Source: Lama guanicoe
Taxonomy: Eukaryota
DNA length: 64,000 nucleotides
Direction of reading: 5' to 3'
Assembly (NCBI GenBank): GCA_013239625.1
Contig: MU053645.1
Location: 310,001 to 374,000 of the forward strand
Below are positions 22,590-36,697 of this stretch, piece by piece. Position 1 is the first letter of the stretch; each line of letters starts with the position of its first letter. A program made the translations under genes and the position numbers. The notes under the pieces were generated by a model. That model did no database searches. It was not told where the DNA came from and saw only the letters and a program-made list of their open reading frames with translations.

Positions 22590-23979
22590 GAATGGTAAGA
22601 GAGGATATCTTTGCCTTGTTCCTGATCTTAATGGAGAAGCTTCTAGTTACGTACGATGTTCACTGTATGTTTGTTGTAGGTATTCTTTATCAAGTTGGGA
22701 AAGTTTCCATTTAGTTATACTTTCTGAGAGTTTTTTTCACAAATAGGTATTGGATTTTGTCAATTACCTTGTCGATTGTGATGACTTTTTAGATATAATG
22801 TTTTCTCTGCATCTATTAATATTTTCATGTGATTTTTCCTTTGCTTTTTTTTCCCTCCCCTTTTAGTTGGGACAGAATAGTTTGAGGGGGCTGGAGTTGG
22901 ACATTTCACTTCCTCCAGGTTAAGCTCTACTTATACCCTGGAAGGTTAGGTTCTAGTTAATGAGTTTCCCATGAGGGTGGGCATTGTTAAGAAGAACAGA
23001 GTACTCTGATGTATTTCAAAATGGTTCCTTTACCTTTCCCCCTGCTGGAAGCACAAGGGGATTTTTCTCCAGTATTTACTATGAGAACCTGTTCAAGCTC
23101 CTGGAGGTAAATTTCACAATATCATAGGGGCCCCTCTAACTGGGTTCCCCTGGAGTTTTAACTCTCAGACTTGTCCACACTGAGCCTCCAGCAATTCCTC
23201 ATTTATAGTTCAGGTTTTTCTACCCACAGCAATTTCTGCTCGTGAGTTTCCATTCCTATAAGCTGCAAATCTCTATTCATTCCCCTGTCTGTCTCTCCAG
23301 TCTTGGGGGAAGGGGTTTAACCTGTGTCTGCCCCTTTCTTATGGATCCAAGAACAGTTGTTGACTTTTTTTTTTCAGTCTGTTCAACTTTTTACTTGTTT
23401 TTAGGCTAGAGTGGTGATTTCCAAATGCCTTACATACAGATCAGGGTCTTTATTGATCTTTTTCTTTCAAGAGTATGGGTTTGTGAGAGGGGGTGATAAT
23501 GGTGGGGGAAATGTTTAAATATAGCAGAAAGTGTTATTATATTGAGACCCATCACCCATTTAATTTTATCTAACTCTACAGAATTCTCAGCTCGGTCTTT
23601 GATGTCTGATTTTAGCCTATCTGGTAGACTGAGGAGATTTTCAACTAACAATGCCAATGTGCCAACTAAAATTTAGAGTCAATATATTTGCACATCTCTT
23701 GGCCAGACTAGCATAATAATCACCATTTCATAGGAATTAAGTTATCATTGTAGTAATATGCTTTCATGGAGATCATCGAAGTGATTAGCAATCTTCTAAA
23801 GAAGTTCCTGATGCTTAATTTGGGGGTAAGGTAAAGAAGAGCAAATATTAATTTTCCAGATTTTAGCTTAGAGCTTCTTGGTCAGATATCTCAGTAAAAA
23901 CATCAGAACTCTCATCTAGGGCTCTTTCATAGCCTGTGCAGCTCAGCATTATGTCTCAGACCCAGAGGAGACTAATTTG

Positions 23980-24178
23980 TAATACCTTTGACTTATTGAA
24001 TATACTTAAATCATGAAAAGCACTGTGCTAATGTTTTACATTCATCATCTCATATGAGCTCTATGAGTATGCTATTAATATCCCTACTGTTGTGTAAGAA
24101 AATTGAGGCTCACAAAACTTAAGTAATTTGCTCAAGGCTGAGTGACGACTTGAACCCAAATCTGTGAAACTTTAAAGA
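23980..24178 (-). mobile_element. MIR SINE
   Basis: agaaaattgaggctcacaaaacttaagtaatttgctcaagg...cttgaacccaaatctg. Confidence 0.75.
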
Positions 24179-24193
24179 TACTGTGGTCCATGG

Positions 24194-24530
24194 CATGGGT
24201 CAGCAAGCTTTTTCTATAGAGTCATATAGTAAATACTTTTGGCTTTGCAGACAATACAGTCTCTGTTGCAACTCATTCACTCTGCCATTGTAGTTTGAAA
24301 GCAGCCATAGATAATACATAAACAAATGAGCTTGGATGTGTTCCACTGAATCTTTATTTACTGATACTGAAATTTGAATGTCACATATTTTTCACGTGTC
24401 ATGAAATACCATTTTCCTTTTTCTCCCCCAACCATTTAAAAATGTAAAAGCCATTCTTAGATCATGGGTCATCCAAAAACAAGTGGTAGTCCAGATTTAG
24501 CTTGTGGGGGCCATAGTTTGCTGACACTTA
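24194..24530. mobile_element. MER58B-like hAT-Charlie DNA transposon
   Basis: gggtcagcaagctttttct...gtctctgttgcaactc...gcagccatagataatac...ccatagtttgctgac; degenerate terminal inverted repeats. Confidence 0.85.
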
Positions 24531-25089
24531 ATGTATGGCATCTCAAAGGTTGTAGAGCTTATCAAGCACATAATTGAAAAACTTCATCAGCCATTAACTT
24601 TCCCTTAATAGTTCAATATGGGCCAATCATTCATGCCCACATCTAAGCCTTTTTTGGATATGTTTGTCTACTCAGTACCACATATGACTGATTTTTATCT
24701 GGTGCAAAGTAATCCTTTTCTAAGGATCTATTCAAATATTCTAGCATTCACTGAACAAGCCTGTGTTTATTGGATTCTTTTATTTTTTTTTAAACCTGGC
24801 TCTTCTTTATTCACATACCATGCCAAAGGTTTTCCCACTGTGCCAACATTTGCTCTATAACATATTCATCCAGCAACAGCTTACGGGCATCTTCTACACA
24901 ACAATTAATGACTCTCATAAAAATAACAAATATGTAACTTTTTTAAGTATTAAGAGCGATTGAAGGATTATATTAGTGTCAATGATTTCAACAATAGACA
25001 GCCTTACTAAAAAGCTTAGACATTGCAGTACTTTCCAACAAATACCTTTTCTTTTTCCTGATTTCTTTAAATATTACTCTTTTGCACTT

Positions 25090-25197
25090 TATCTCTCAAT
25101 ACTGAGACATGAGATCAATGACAGCAAATGTCTTGCTCAACAGTGCCTAGCACAATGTCTGTAACATAGTAGGTGCTCACTTGTTAACTAGCTGAAT
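25090..25197 (+). mobile_element. L2 3' end fragment
   Basis: cagtgcctagcacaatgtctgtaacatagtaggtgctca. Confidence 0.65.
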
Positions 25198-25379
25198 TAT
25201 TAAGCTTCCCAAGTTAGCTAGACAATTTGAACATCCATCAGATCATGGGCCCTGATGATTTTGATGAGATGTAGCATAAGATAGTCTCTTCAAAAAGATT
25301 TACTGGTCCCCCAAATGCTATAAGATGAGAGATGCTCTAAGCTCTGGGAGGAAGAAAAACAGGAGATGTTTTCAAGGCC

Positions 25380-25418
25380 TTTTTGTTTGTTTGTTTGTTT
25401 GTTTGTTTGTTTGTTTTT
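25380..25418. repeat. (TTTG)n tetranucleotide repeat
   Basis: Read directly from the sequence. Confidence 0.9.
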
Positions 25419-26354
25419 GTCAAAGGATTCCCTAGTAGGCCAGAAAACTATTTTAGAATGGTAATGCCTCATTTTCCACAACTTCTGGTGATTGATGGGG
25501 TAGAGAGTCCCTCATGTTATTCTATACCTTGAAGACCAGAGTTTGTCTGGCAAGGGGAATTGTGAAGTTATTTCTTGGTGCCTGTAGGCTTGGCTTTATG
25601 CTTTGTATGTTCTGTTATCTTAATAAATGTGAGGGAAAAAGGTTAATAAGATCAAAATTATGGATATAGCTTTCATGTTGACCTTTTAGTTTTTGCTATG
25701 TTCCAGAACTGCAGACCCCAACACTAACCATTGTCAACTCTATGGTGTAGCTATAGCTTTCATCACAAGATGGGCAGTGTGTGTGTGAATAGCTCAATAC
25801 AAACCTCTCTCCACTACCTTAAAATTAGTTCAAAGTCTATGTTTCACTAGTGGTAGTTGCTCAGAAGTATCTGTCACCCTGGAAAAGATGTCTAAAGGGA
25901 CATAAATCTGGGGAATAATGGAAGATTATTATTTCAATGTACAAAATAAGGAAACTACCTGCCATATCTCTACATACTGATTTGACTTTCTTGGAAATAA
26001 GTGGGATTCATTCATTTAAGGAATATTTATGGAGTACCTATTTATTTATCAAATAGGCAAATAGAAATAACACTTTTAACAAGTTCTAAGAAAATAATAA
26101 AAAGGGTAAGAGAAAGAATAGTAAGAGAATGTCCTTACATAAGTTAGTAAGATTAAGACTTCAATGAAGAGGTGACATTTAGCTGAGAATGTTACCTGCC
26201 AGGTATGTTTCCTGTCTCATTTTGCCCTAAGTCCAACTCTTTTATTGGATTGGGGAGAATATTTTCTAAATGAGTAATCCTTTTCCCACTAAAGGAATAA
26301 TCTTCCCTAGACATTAGAGAGTCATTTTTTAGGTTCTGTGCAGAAAGGAGGAGA

Positions 26355-26790
26355 ACTGATATTTATTCAGCATTTGCCCTAAACCAGACTCCTCACATGT
26401 ATAATTTCATTATATCTATTTCCCAAAAGAGTTCCAGGCAGTCTGTATTATTATTTCCATTTTGTGGATGAACAGACCGAGACTCAAGAAGGTAAAATAA
26501 CCTGCCCAAGGTAACACAGGAGTCTGGAATTCAAAACTAAGATTGTTTTGCCTCTGAAATCCATGTTCTTGTCATTGTACCATGATGCTACCCAAAAGTG
26601 TTAGTTAATTCACCAAGAATACTAATTGGCTATCATTTGAGGGGATGTACTGCACTAACAGCTTTAGGGACATTATTTCACTTAATCCACAATTCTTGCA
26701 GAAACTACTAACATCCTATATATGAAGAAATCAAGCGAGGCCTAGGGTGCTTAAGAAACTCGCTCAATTCACATTGCTAGTTAATTACAG
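26355..26790 (-). mobile_element. Two adjacent MIR fragments (about 26355-26590 and 26612-26790)
   Basis: ccattttgtggatgaacagaccgagactcaagaaggtaaaataacctgcccaaggtaacacag; atgaagaaatcaag...ttaagaaactcgctcaattcacattgctagt. Confidence 0.7.
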
Positions 26791-27589
26791 ATACCCACTT
26801 TCACCACCTGATAATTTTTCAGGAGTTGCTCTGCTTGTGAAGCTTTAAACTTAGGACTGGGAAAGTCTGATGTTCCCAAAGTGGATGTGTCTTAAAGTCA
26901 GGCTGAAGGAAATGCTAATCATTCAGTTGGGTGCTCACATTTCCTCACTCTAGGTCCAGAGTCTCTGGGACCAAAGTGAGACAGTAAAACAAGATCACTC
27001 TTCAAATGCAAAACAAATGGAATAAGAGAGAATATACTGTTTGTATTTTCCTTTGCTGATGATAATGCCATTTCCCCTAGAAAATAAGACAGAAGTCACA
27101 GGGATGCTCAGCAAGAGAGTAAATTCAGCCAGAAGTGAAATGTTGACCTGTGAGCTTCCCTTCCTTTTAAATTTAGTTTTCAATACATTACTACTTTTTT
27201 TTTAAAAAATGTGGTTTTGAATATTTCACTATATTTTTGAATATTTCATTATGAGGACATTTTGTAGTTCTACCCCCCAAAAAAACACAATGCTCACAAA
27301 CCTGACTTATCTCCGTGGCTGGAGAATATCTGAAGCAGAAGGGAGAGGGGCTGGACCTGGAAAACCTGAGCGGCTGAGAGTGTATCTTAGGTTCTGTATT
27401 GCTCTTCATGCATCCCCTTCCCTCAACTAGAGTGATGGTGCTCTTCCCATCATACATATAACCTGGCGTCCTCTCTGCATTTTCCCCTCCTCTTGACCTG
27501 CTCTGAAGAAAGGAATTACAAAATTCATCAGAAAATGATGTATAAAGCTAATTGTTTTCTCTTCCTGGAAGATGGTTGAATTTTAATAA

Positions 27590-27840
27590 TACTAATAGTT
27601 AACATTTATTACAAACTTGCTCTGTTCCTGACATTGTGCTAAATGTTATCTTATTTAATCTATGAGATAATCCAATAAGGTAGGTGTCATTATTAGCACC
27701 ACTATCATTTTATAAATTTGGGAAAATGGGCTCAGAGATTAAATAATTTCCCCAAGGCCAAACAGCTAATAAGTGGTACAGATATGATTGGAATATGTCT
27801 GACTGAATCTTAAGTCTGTGTTCTTAACCAATATTACAGT
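27590..27840 (-). mobile_element. MIR SINE
   Basis: aatagttaacatttatt...ggctcagagattaaataatttccccaaggccaaacagctaataagtgg. Confidence 0.8.
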
Positions 27841-28827
27841 GCTTTAAGCCAAAAAAAGATAAAGCAATAACTGAAATTTAAGTATCAGCTAACTGGATGA
27901 GGGAGGTATTTGTGGAGTAATGAGGAAAAGGGAAGGAGATGGAAGGTACCTTCATGATATCTCCATAATCACACCATGAGTTAGGCTGCCAGTTTCACTC
28001 ACTACTCATAATGATGAAGAACAGCTCTTCCAAGCCCAATGTCTCTCAGTCTATGCATCATTACTGAATGGGTGAAAATATTTTTTGATCCTATGCATGA
28101 ACAAAATAAGCTGATTCTAATACCTAATTCATACATTTTTGGAGAAAAGGAGAAAAGAAATTTTTCTTTAAAGAATTGTTAGCATATGTCCCAAGGGGTT
28201 TAAATTTGTATACTACTTGATACTAACCTTTGATTTGTTAGCACCCTTTGAAAGTGAGTAAACATTGCTCGGTGCAACATAATCAAAAAGTGTACTAAAG
28301 TTTACTCTTTTTGATTTGTGGAGTCTGCCCACTTTGACCATAATGCCATGATTAGTTTGCAGGTGAATGAAATAGTCCCAATTCCCAGAACAATATATTT
28401 AATTCTGAGTTGGGTGGTACAGACATTTCATTTTGGGATCTTAAATTATATTGGTCTTGCATTAGTAAAGAGAAGTGACAATTGTCTTTTTCTCCTCCTG
28501 GATCTACCAACAGAAAAAATGTTCCTAATCTCCTTGCCATTTAATATTCTTACTTTAGTAGATTGTAATTTTGAACAAGTCTTATTTCTTTCAAACTTCT
28601 GAGTTCATTTAAATGGATTACTCACATTTTTTCACTAGTTCTGTTTCTCCCTTTCCCCATGTATTCTCTGTTGAAGAAGTCAAGTTTGGAAGAGGGCTTT
28701 AGTATGTTAATCACGTTATACCCTTTGCCTTAATCTGTTTAGCCAAACTTTTGCTTCAAGTCTCACTCACACTATCCTTTAGTAACTCAAAAAGGTACTC
28801 TTCGGTGCTTTATTGAAAAAGTATATG

Positions 28828-29140
28828 GGTCTGGAGGAGGAAGGGATGAATAGGCAGAGCACAGAGGATTTTTAGAGAAGTGAAACTGTTCTGTATGATA
28901 CTATCATGGTGGATACATTTGTGTAAAAAAAAAAACTCACAGAATGTACACCACCAAGAGTGAAATTTATTGTAAACAATAGACTCTGGGTGGTTACAAT
29001 GTGTCAATTGAGGTTCATCAGTTGTAACAAATGTACCATCTAGTGGTGTGTCAAGCAGGAGGTATATGGGACATTCTGTATCTTCTCAGTTTTACTGTGA
29101 AACTAAAACTGCTCTAGAAAATCTTAAAAAATAAAATAAA
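28828..29140 (+). mobile_element. L1MC-like 3' end
   Basis: gggatgaataggcagagcacagaggatttttag...gttgtaacaaatgtacca...ctaaaactgctcta plus A-rich tail. Confidence 0.8.
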
Positions 29141-31574
29141 CAAAACAAAAAAACCCCACCCGTTAAATCTGTGCAAACAAGTGGCATTTTCAGCAATGTT
29201 TCCAGGTTTCTCAGGACGTATGTATGTATAACTATATCTAGCTATATAACATATATATATATATAATCTATATATATGCATAAAATATTGATTTTTCTAA
29301 AGGACAAAAGAGTATTTTCAGGTTCATATAAAGTAGTTTTACTCTGACATATAGCTGTTTGTATTGTTATAGGATGTATGTATGTATTGTGATAGGATCA
29401 GGATAAACTAAGTTACAGTGAAAGGAAAATGCTCCGTAATTATGTTTTTGTTTTTTCTCTAAGTATATATTTGGAATATATCACCCTGCTATCTGAATGT
29501 TTTGTACAGAAATTCTTATTGGGAAAAGTGTCAGTTCTATTTTGTCTTTATTTTCAATTTGCAATGAGACTTTTAAAACATTTTTTATTTAACTTTTTTT
29601 TTTGCTGCCAATGTCAGTTTCCATATGAACTATTTGATCATTTAGCTGTTAGCAGGGTGATGAGAGCAATTTTGTGAGGAAAGGACAGGTCCTGCTAACC
29701 CCTATCATATCTGTGTATTGATATGTCATTATCTAGATGGCCTTAGAAGGTGAAATAAGAGGCTTAGTTCTGTATTTGATGTCACTGGGGATACCCATTT
29801 AAGGATGAGTAGCTTTATGTAAATAGTTTGTGTGGTTTCCACATTCTGTTTAATACCCTGTTCCTCTTGGGCAAAAGAGTTGCTTTAATTCTTAGGGTTC
29901 CCTGATAGATCCATCCTTGATTCAATATCTTGCCCTATTATGAAGAAACATCAGTTTTTGTGTGTTTTTAAACTATAAACTCATACCATATTTTTTTCAG
30001 TTAGCCAAGCCTCATGATAGAGAGGTCAGTATTTGGCAAGGGTTAGAGTGAGTGTAGGTTGACAAGAGAAGAACAAGAAGAACATTGTTTCTGTGTTTGG
30101 TGACATTAGGTCTGGTCTTTGATCTGGTAGCTGTGGCCCACTCACAGCTTCCTCCTCCCAGACATTCCTTTTGCTCTTCTTTCTCTGCAAGTACCAAAAA
30201 AAAAAAGTGTTGCTTATGTGGTGTTATGGACAGCAGGTAGGAAATGTGTTTTATTGGGAGATATATTCCCCCATCTCCTAAGACTTAATTAGTATTGAAC
30301 TTATAATTTCTTGACTAATGCAATGCTTTTAACCCTATTGCATCACTGTATGTGTTTTCTAGTGCAGTTTATCAACTTTAAAATGGCCCAATTTCTCTAT
30401 ATGTAAGATACCATGGTATGAGTTGAAGATGCTGAAATCCCTCCCTGCTCCCCAATGGCTCTCTAGTTGGCCTGTGCCAGTGCCTGAAATTACCAACTTA
30501 GAGTATTCTTTCATCCATTGGATTGTCTTTGTTGAAGTCTCCTGCATATATATGTGTATACACACACACACACACACAGACACGGAAGTTAACAAATCAC
30601 TCTGAGCCTTTAATTCCTTAGCTTAAATGAATTTATCAAATTATATATAGTAGAAAACAGGCTGCTGAAGGAATATGACCCAGGATAAGGAAGCTTAAAT
30701 AGGAAGAAATGAGGGAGGAAGTATTTTAAGTATTTCTGGAAATTGGGATGCAAACTGGGAAGCCAGGTTGGACAAAATGAGTTTTGCATATTCCCAATTA
30801 AAGGCACATCAAGTGGCCTAACCCTACCTGCATGGCAGTATATTACATTAAGCATTGCCTCTCTCGATCGTTTCTACATGTTGTTGTTGATGTTGTTTGT
30901 TATTGTTTCACCTTTTTTTCCCCACCTTGCAAACCATGTTGGAGGACTTTCTATTCTAGTCTCTCTTCTTTTTTAAAAGACTCATTTGGATTCTCTTTTG
31001 AAGGCCATTAAATCTGTTCAATTCCTTTTCTCCCCAAATGGTTTCTAACTGAATGGAGACATGAGGTTGGAACTTGTTTACTGATAGGTTGAGGCATTCA
31101 GATAAAAACTGAGAAAATTACTTTACTCTGTTTTAAAAGCTACCCTTTTGTAATCTTTAAGCATCTAAGGACTAACAGTGAGTTTCCTTAATTTTCTCTT
31201 TTCCTTTCGAACAAGGGATATTCTATCTGCTGTCCTTTCACTTCAGTAAGTTTAAAAGCTACAGGAAATGTTAACTGTCTCTGCTCCAAGGTTAGCATCT
31301 TTCCTCTAATCAATAGGACTTAAATTAATCATGCTCACATTGTAGTTTCCAATTTCTCACCTTTGAGGTCATGGTGATCCCCTTCCCAAGCTTCTTGGGT
31401 GGCACATTTTATGATAGTTAATGATGAAGAGTAAGTGGTCAAAAGAGAAAGGAAGAAGTAAGCTGAAACAAGGAGTATTAATTGGGATGGGTACTTATCA
31501 CAGGAATAGAAGGTAATATAACAGAGGCAAAGACCTGGATATTCCATAAATATCTTCTAAAGGATTTTATATTT

Positions 31575-32020
31575 AGATTTGAGTTTATTATTGGGAATAG
31601 TAACACCTGCCGTGTGGGGTTATTGTGGGAACTAAGAGATACTGTATGTGAAAACATTTTGTAATAAAGAATCACACAAATGTAATTCTGAAAGTCAACC
31701 TGCAAGTCAACCTGCCAATCACCCCTACCCTCACAACCCTGCCTCAAAAGAAGCCAGAAAAAGCCTTTATGGTTCTTTTTCCTTTGGCTGAGGATGTAAG
31801 TGAGTGTTAGTTTTGGAATCAACCAAGTTTTCTTGATTGAATTCTGTCACTTTCTAGCTGTGTGTTATCATTGGACCAATCAGTTAACTTCTATGGGCCT
31901 CAATTTATTCTTCTATAAAACAAAGATAATAATATCTACCTAAGTATTGAGAGGATTAAATATGATATATGAAAAGCACATCCTTAGTGCTTGGAACACA
32001 ATAGGTATTTAATACATTGT
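31575..32020 (+). mobile_element. MIR fragments (about 31575-31660 and 31790-32020)
   Basis: ctgtcactttctagctgtgtg...cttctatgggcctcaatttattcttctataaaa...gaggattaaatatgat. Confidence 0.7.
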
Positions 32021-34164
32021 AGGTCCCATCTCACTGGTACAATTGTAGGTGACCATTAAAGGCATGAAGAAAACTTTGTCAAAGCAGAACCTCTATTTTG
32101 TCTTACTTATTGAATCCCACATTTCAAAATGGCAAGATCTCCTAAGTACTGTCTTCTGGATTTTGTAGTTTGGTTAAGATGATAATTACCAAGGCAGATA
32201 AATTTACACTGAAATCTGGAATGATCAAGCTATAGCATTGCTCAGTCCTCCTTGTGGATCTGTCATGGAACTGCACACTTATCGGAGGAAGCTGACCTTA
32301 ACAGAGAGAGGTCCATGTTCTTTGGTTAAGGTTATGGGAACAGCTGTGCACTCTGGTAAAAAGCTTCCAAATAAATGCATTGGCACTTCTGATAAACTTT
32401 TCTCTGCGTGTTGACATTTCTGTTGCCTTGAATAGCCCTTGATATTTTAATACGTTTAGGCAAAGTTGATAGGCCATTTCCTAGCAAAGTAGGACTTAGC
32501 TACAACAGAGCCTGGTGGTTTCCATATGTGGACCTTCATATATGAATTATCTTCCAAGGTGTGCTTTTTAGAATGCTTGACAGGCACATAAATTTACTGA
32601 TATCAACTTCATCTGTCATTATAATTCACAAGTGAGGCTTTCATGTCACAATGATATTCTTTCCTTTCAAACTAAGCATTGTTTTCCAAGTATCCCATAT
32701 GCTCTAGATTTCCTTTGTCTTTTAGGACACTCATGGAAGCTCTGCCAGAATTAAGAGGCTGTCAAAGTTCTGTTACAAACATGATTTTATTCATAATGTA
32801 GGGCAAAGGGTAAAGAACATATCATAGGTATTATAGCCAAAGCTGAGCCTTCCTTCATTGCAGCCCTGGTTATAAACATTTTTCTGTGATGCCTAAAAAC
32901 ATTAGTGACCTACATGACCCACCTTTTAAACATAGATCTGAAGGCTTCTGCAAATCAACTAAGTGGAGGTGATAAACTTAAAACATGCAGAAGTATACAC
33001 ACAATGATTATGGGGGCTATGGAATATTTCCTCCTCAAAATATCCCAAGGAATTCAGAGATTCCCAGTCCTTAAAAATTACCCTGTCAAGTTTAACCAGA
33101 CCCGAAGAATCATTTGAGCTCTAGCTCAGTGGGTACAACAATGGACATATTTCAGGTTGAGAATGGAATTGATATAGGGGTAAAAGGAACGAGTAAGTTT
33201 TGTCCATTTTCCTTTCTGTCACACAGGCATGTCTGTTCCCCACTCTTATAGGAAGGTCGTGCAGAGGAAAAAGAGCGGAAGAGAGAGAAAGCAAAGGGAA
33301 AGTAGAAAAAACAAGAAGGAAGAGAATAGAGAAAATACCAAGATAAAGCTAAGGAGAGTATCACATCAGGATTTGGGCAACAAAAAAAAAAAAATGGAAG
33401 TTGGAACCAGGAACTCCAAGAGACCAGAGTGGTCTTAAGGGTCGAGCTTACAAGATCTTAGCTTAGGGAATGTTCTGGGAATGTGAGCTCACAAGAGAAC
33501 TAGAATTCTACTTTCTTTGTCCAAACCAAATTTAAGTCCTAGTTTTGGGTTTTAGTTATAAAATTGTCTCCTTTATACAAGACAGGGCTCACGTATTAAA
33601 ATCACTTTTTTTCTTTCCTGGTATCTACTCAGCTGAGTTTATTGAAGCAACCATTTGCATAATCAATGTCATAATTATTTCACAGTTAGGCATTTCCTTC
33701 TGTATTGTACTTATCTATGCAAATTATCAATGTGTCAGTTACAAATATCTCGATCAGCTTAAAGAAGATGAACCCACTATACCCCTAGAAGACTGGGGTG
33801 ATTACCATCACTGTACCTTTGGAAATAAGTAAAAGTCATGTATGCTATCCTCAAGGAATTTACAGTCCAGCTGGTTTTCTTTCAGTAGTTTAGCAGCTTA
33901 TAGAATATTCTTGATATCTCAGTTCTTATTGGCTAGGTTATACCATAATAATATGCCAGAATCATAATGCTTAAAAATGGCTGACATTTAAGCAGGATCT
34001 CACACTCATCTGTATGGAAGCTTGATTTCTATTAATAAGAGGTTGTAGAATATATGGAAAATAGGAGGTACTTTCTCTCATACAGATTCAAAGATTAGGA
34101 TGATTGACACTATTCCAGCAGGGTTGTTCCATCCATTATCTTCTTTATTTTCTCCACCAAACCT

Positions 34165-34298
34165 AAGTGGTTTTGTAACTCTGGGAAGTTACTCAACAGA
34201 GATTTAGCCTTAAAGTCCTCATCTGTATAATGGGAGTTATATCATTTACTTTACCAGGGTAATTATGAGACTCCATGGGATTAAATGTATAAAATGTC
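34165..34298 (+). mobile_element. MIR fragment
   Basis: gtaactctgggaagttactcaac...cctcatctgtataatgggagtta. Confidence 0.65.
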
Positions 34299-34925
34299 TG
34301 TAGAAACCATGAATTGTTTCCCAAAATTCTGTACTATTATTTCTTAATAGTAGAATGGTTAATTTTACTTTACCACATGGCCACCTAGAATAGACTTCAT
34401 TTCCCAGGCTTTTTTGAATCTGAATGCATCCATGTGACTAACTTCTGACCAAGGGGATCAGGTTGGAGAGGAAAGAACTAGCAAGAAACAGGGAGCAACC
34501 TCCAGTCAACTGCTAGCAATGAAGTGAATCCTGCCAACTGTAAGTAAGCTTGAATGCAGATTTGTCCTCAGTTGAGCATTCACATGAAACACAGCCTCAG
34601 CCAATACCTTGATTGAAACTCTGTGAGAGAATGTGAGACAGAAGTTACAACTAAGCCATATCCAGATTCTTGACCCACAGAACTGTGAGTTATTTTAAGT
34701 TGCTAGATGCTGGGATAATTTATAATGTAGCAATAGGTAATTGAAACAGAGATGAAATTGTGAGTGGACTATGTGAATTCCAGAAAGTGGCCTTAAAGTG
34801 TCCTTAAGGAGAGAGAGAGTGCTTTTCTTCTGTTCCTTCTTGATAGCTGGAAGAATAATACAATGGCTGGAATGATAGCAGCTATTTTGAACTATAGCAG
34901 CTATTTTGAGCTATAAAGTGACAAC
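34299..34925 (+). mobile_element. MLT1J-like LTR with a second MLT1 (D/E-like) LTR piece nested at about 34460-34748
   Basis: atagacttcatttcccagg...catgtgactaacttctgaccaa is interrupted by ...gattcttgacccacagaactgtgag...gtagcaataggtaattgaaaCA, then resumes with atggctgg...gcagctattttg. Confidence 0.65.
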
Positions 34926-34931
34926 AGAGCT

Positions 34932-36697
34932 CACAGATCAGAAGAATTAATATTGACAAAATAGCTGTTAGTTCCTAAAGCAGTCTACAGATTTAATGCA
35001 ATTCCTATCAAAATCCCAATGGTATTTTTCATAGAAATGGAAAAAACAAAACTAAAATTTGTATGGAACCACAAAAAGCCCCAAGTAGCCAAAATAATCT
35101 TAAGAAAGAAAAATAGAGCCAGAGGCACATGCTCCCTGATTTCAAACTATACTACAAAGCTATAGTAATCAAAACAGTATGGCACCGACGTTACAACAGA
35201 CACATAGATCAATGGGATAAAATAGAGAGCCAAGAAATAAATCCACATGTATATGGCCAATTAATTTATGACAAAAGAGTCAAGAATATACAATGGGAAA
35301 AGGACAGTCCCTTAAATAAATGGTGTTGGGAAAACTGGAGAGCCACATGCAAAAGAATGAAACTGGACTACTATCTTGCACCATATACAAAATTAACTTA
35401 AAATGGATTGAAGACATGAATGTAAGACCTTTAAACTCCTAGAAGAAAACATAGACGGTAAGCTCTTTGACATCAGTCTTGGTGATGATTTTTGGAACTG
35501 ACAACAAAAGCAAAGAGAACAAAAGCAAAAGTAAATAAGTGGGTCTACATCAAACTAAAAAGCTTTTGGACAGCAAAGGAACATTGGAAAGTAAAGGAAC
35601 ATTCAACAAAAAGTCAACCTACTAAATGGGAGAAATATTTGCTATTCATATATCTGATAAGGGGTTAATACCCAAATATTTAAAGAACTTACATAACTCA
35701 ATAACAAAAACCCAAAATTTGGATTTTAAAATGGGTGGTTGATCTGAATAAACATTTTTCCAAAGAAGACTTTTGCTAGCTAACAGGTATATGAAAAGAT
35801 GCTCAATATCACTCAAGGAGATGCATATCAAAACCACGATGAGATCACCTTAACCTGTCGGAATAGCTATCATCAAAGACAACAAATAACAAGTGTTGGC
35901 AATGATGTGGGGAAAAGGGAACACTTGTGCACTGATTATGGGCATGTAAAATGGTGCAGCCACTATGGAGAACAGTATGAACATTCCTCAAAAAAATAGC
36001 AGAACTAACATATGATCCAGAAATTCTACTTCTGGGTATTAGAAGAAAATGAAAACACTAACTCAAAAAGATATATTACCCTCATATCCATTGTAGCACT
36101 ATTTCCAATAGTAAAGATATGGAAGCAACTTAAATGTCCATGGATATATGAATGAATAAAGAAAATATTACACACACACAATGGAATATTATTCATCCAT
36201 AAAAAGAATGAGATCTTGCCATGTGCAACAACATGGATGGACCTTGAGGGCATTATGCTAAGTGAAAAAAAGTCAGAAAGACAAAGAACGTATAACCTCA
36301 CTTATAGGTTGAACATTTTGAATTAAAAAAAAAAAAGGCTCAAATATACAGAGAACAGATTGGTAGTTGCCAGAAGGCCTGAGATGGGGCATGGGTGAAA
36401 TGGGTAAAGGGGGTCAAAAGATACAAACTTTCAGTTAAAATTAAGTTAGTCATGGGGATGTAATGTACATCACAGCAACTGTAGTTAATAATACTGTGTT
36501 GCATATCTGAATGTTGCTAAGATTCTAAAAGTTCTCATCACAAGAAAAATAATGAAACCATGTGTGGTGACGAATGTTAATTAGACTTATTGTGGTTAAT
36601 CATTTTGATATATATAAAAAACAAATATGAAATCATTATGTCGTATACTCGAAACTAATAAAATGTTATATGCCAGTTGTACCTCAATAACTTAAAA
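34932..36697 (+). mobile_element. 5'-truncated L1MA9-like element (~1.75 kb; ORF2 3' end plus 3'UTR)
   Basis: [18 protein letters not shown]...[27 protein letters not shown]1MA9-type 3'UTR (aaagttctcatcacaagaaaa...tgttatatgccagttgtacctcaataa). Confidence 0.9.

Larger units (their letters stand above)
17767..23440 (-). mobile_element. Fragmented L1MC-like element hosting two young L1 ends and an ERV (pieces at about 17767-18433, 19293-20128, 22590-22830; 5'-end-like piece at 22865-23440)
   Basis: L1MC-type 3' end (agttttatgttcacagcaaaattgagggg...). ORF2 sequence resumes in register across the ERV (atgttgaaaaggagt | ggtaagagaggatatctttgccttgttcctgatctt). Confidence 0.75.

Noticed and set aside
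25762..25780. ATCACAAGATGGGCAGTG resembling CTCF/YY1
   Set aside because: An extra G disrupts the core spacing.
33116..33140. TAGCTCAGTGGG A-box-like word
   Set aside because: No B box or tRNA/SINE body follows.
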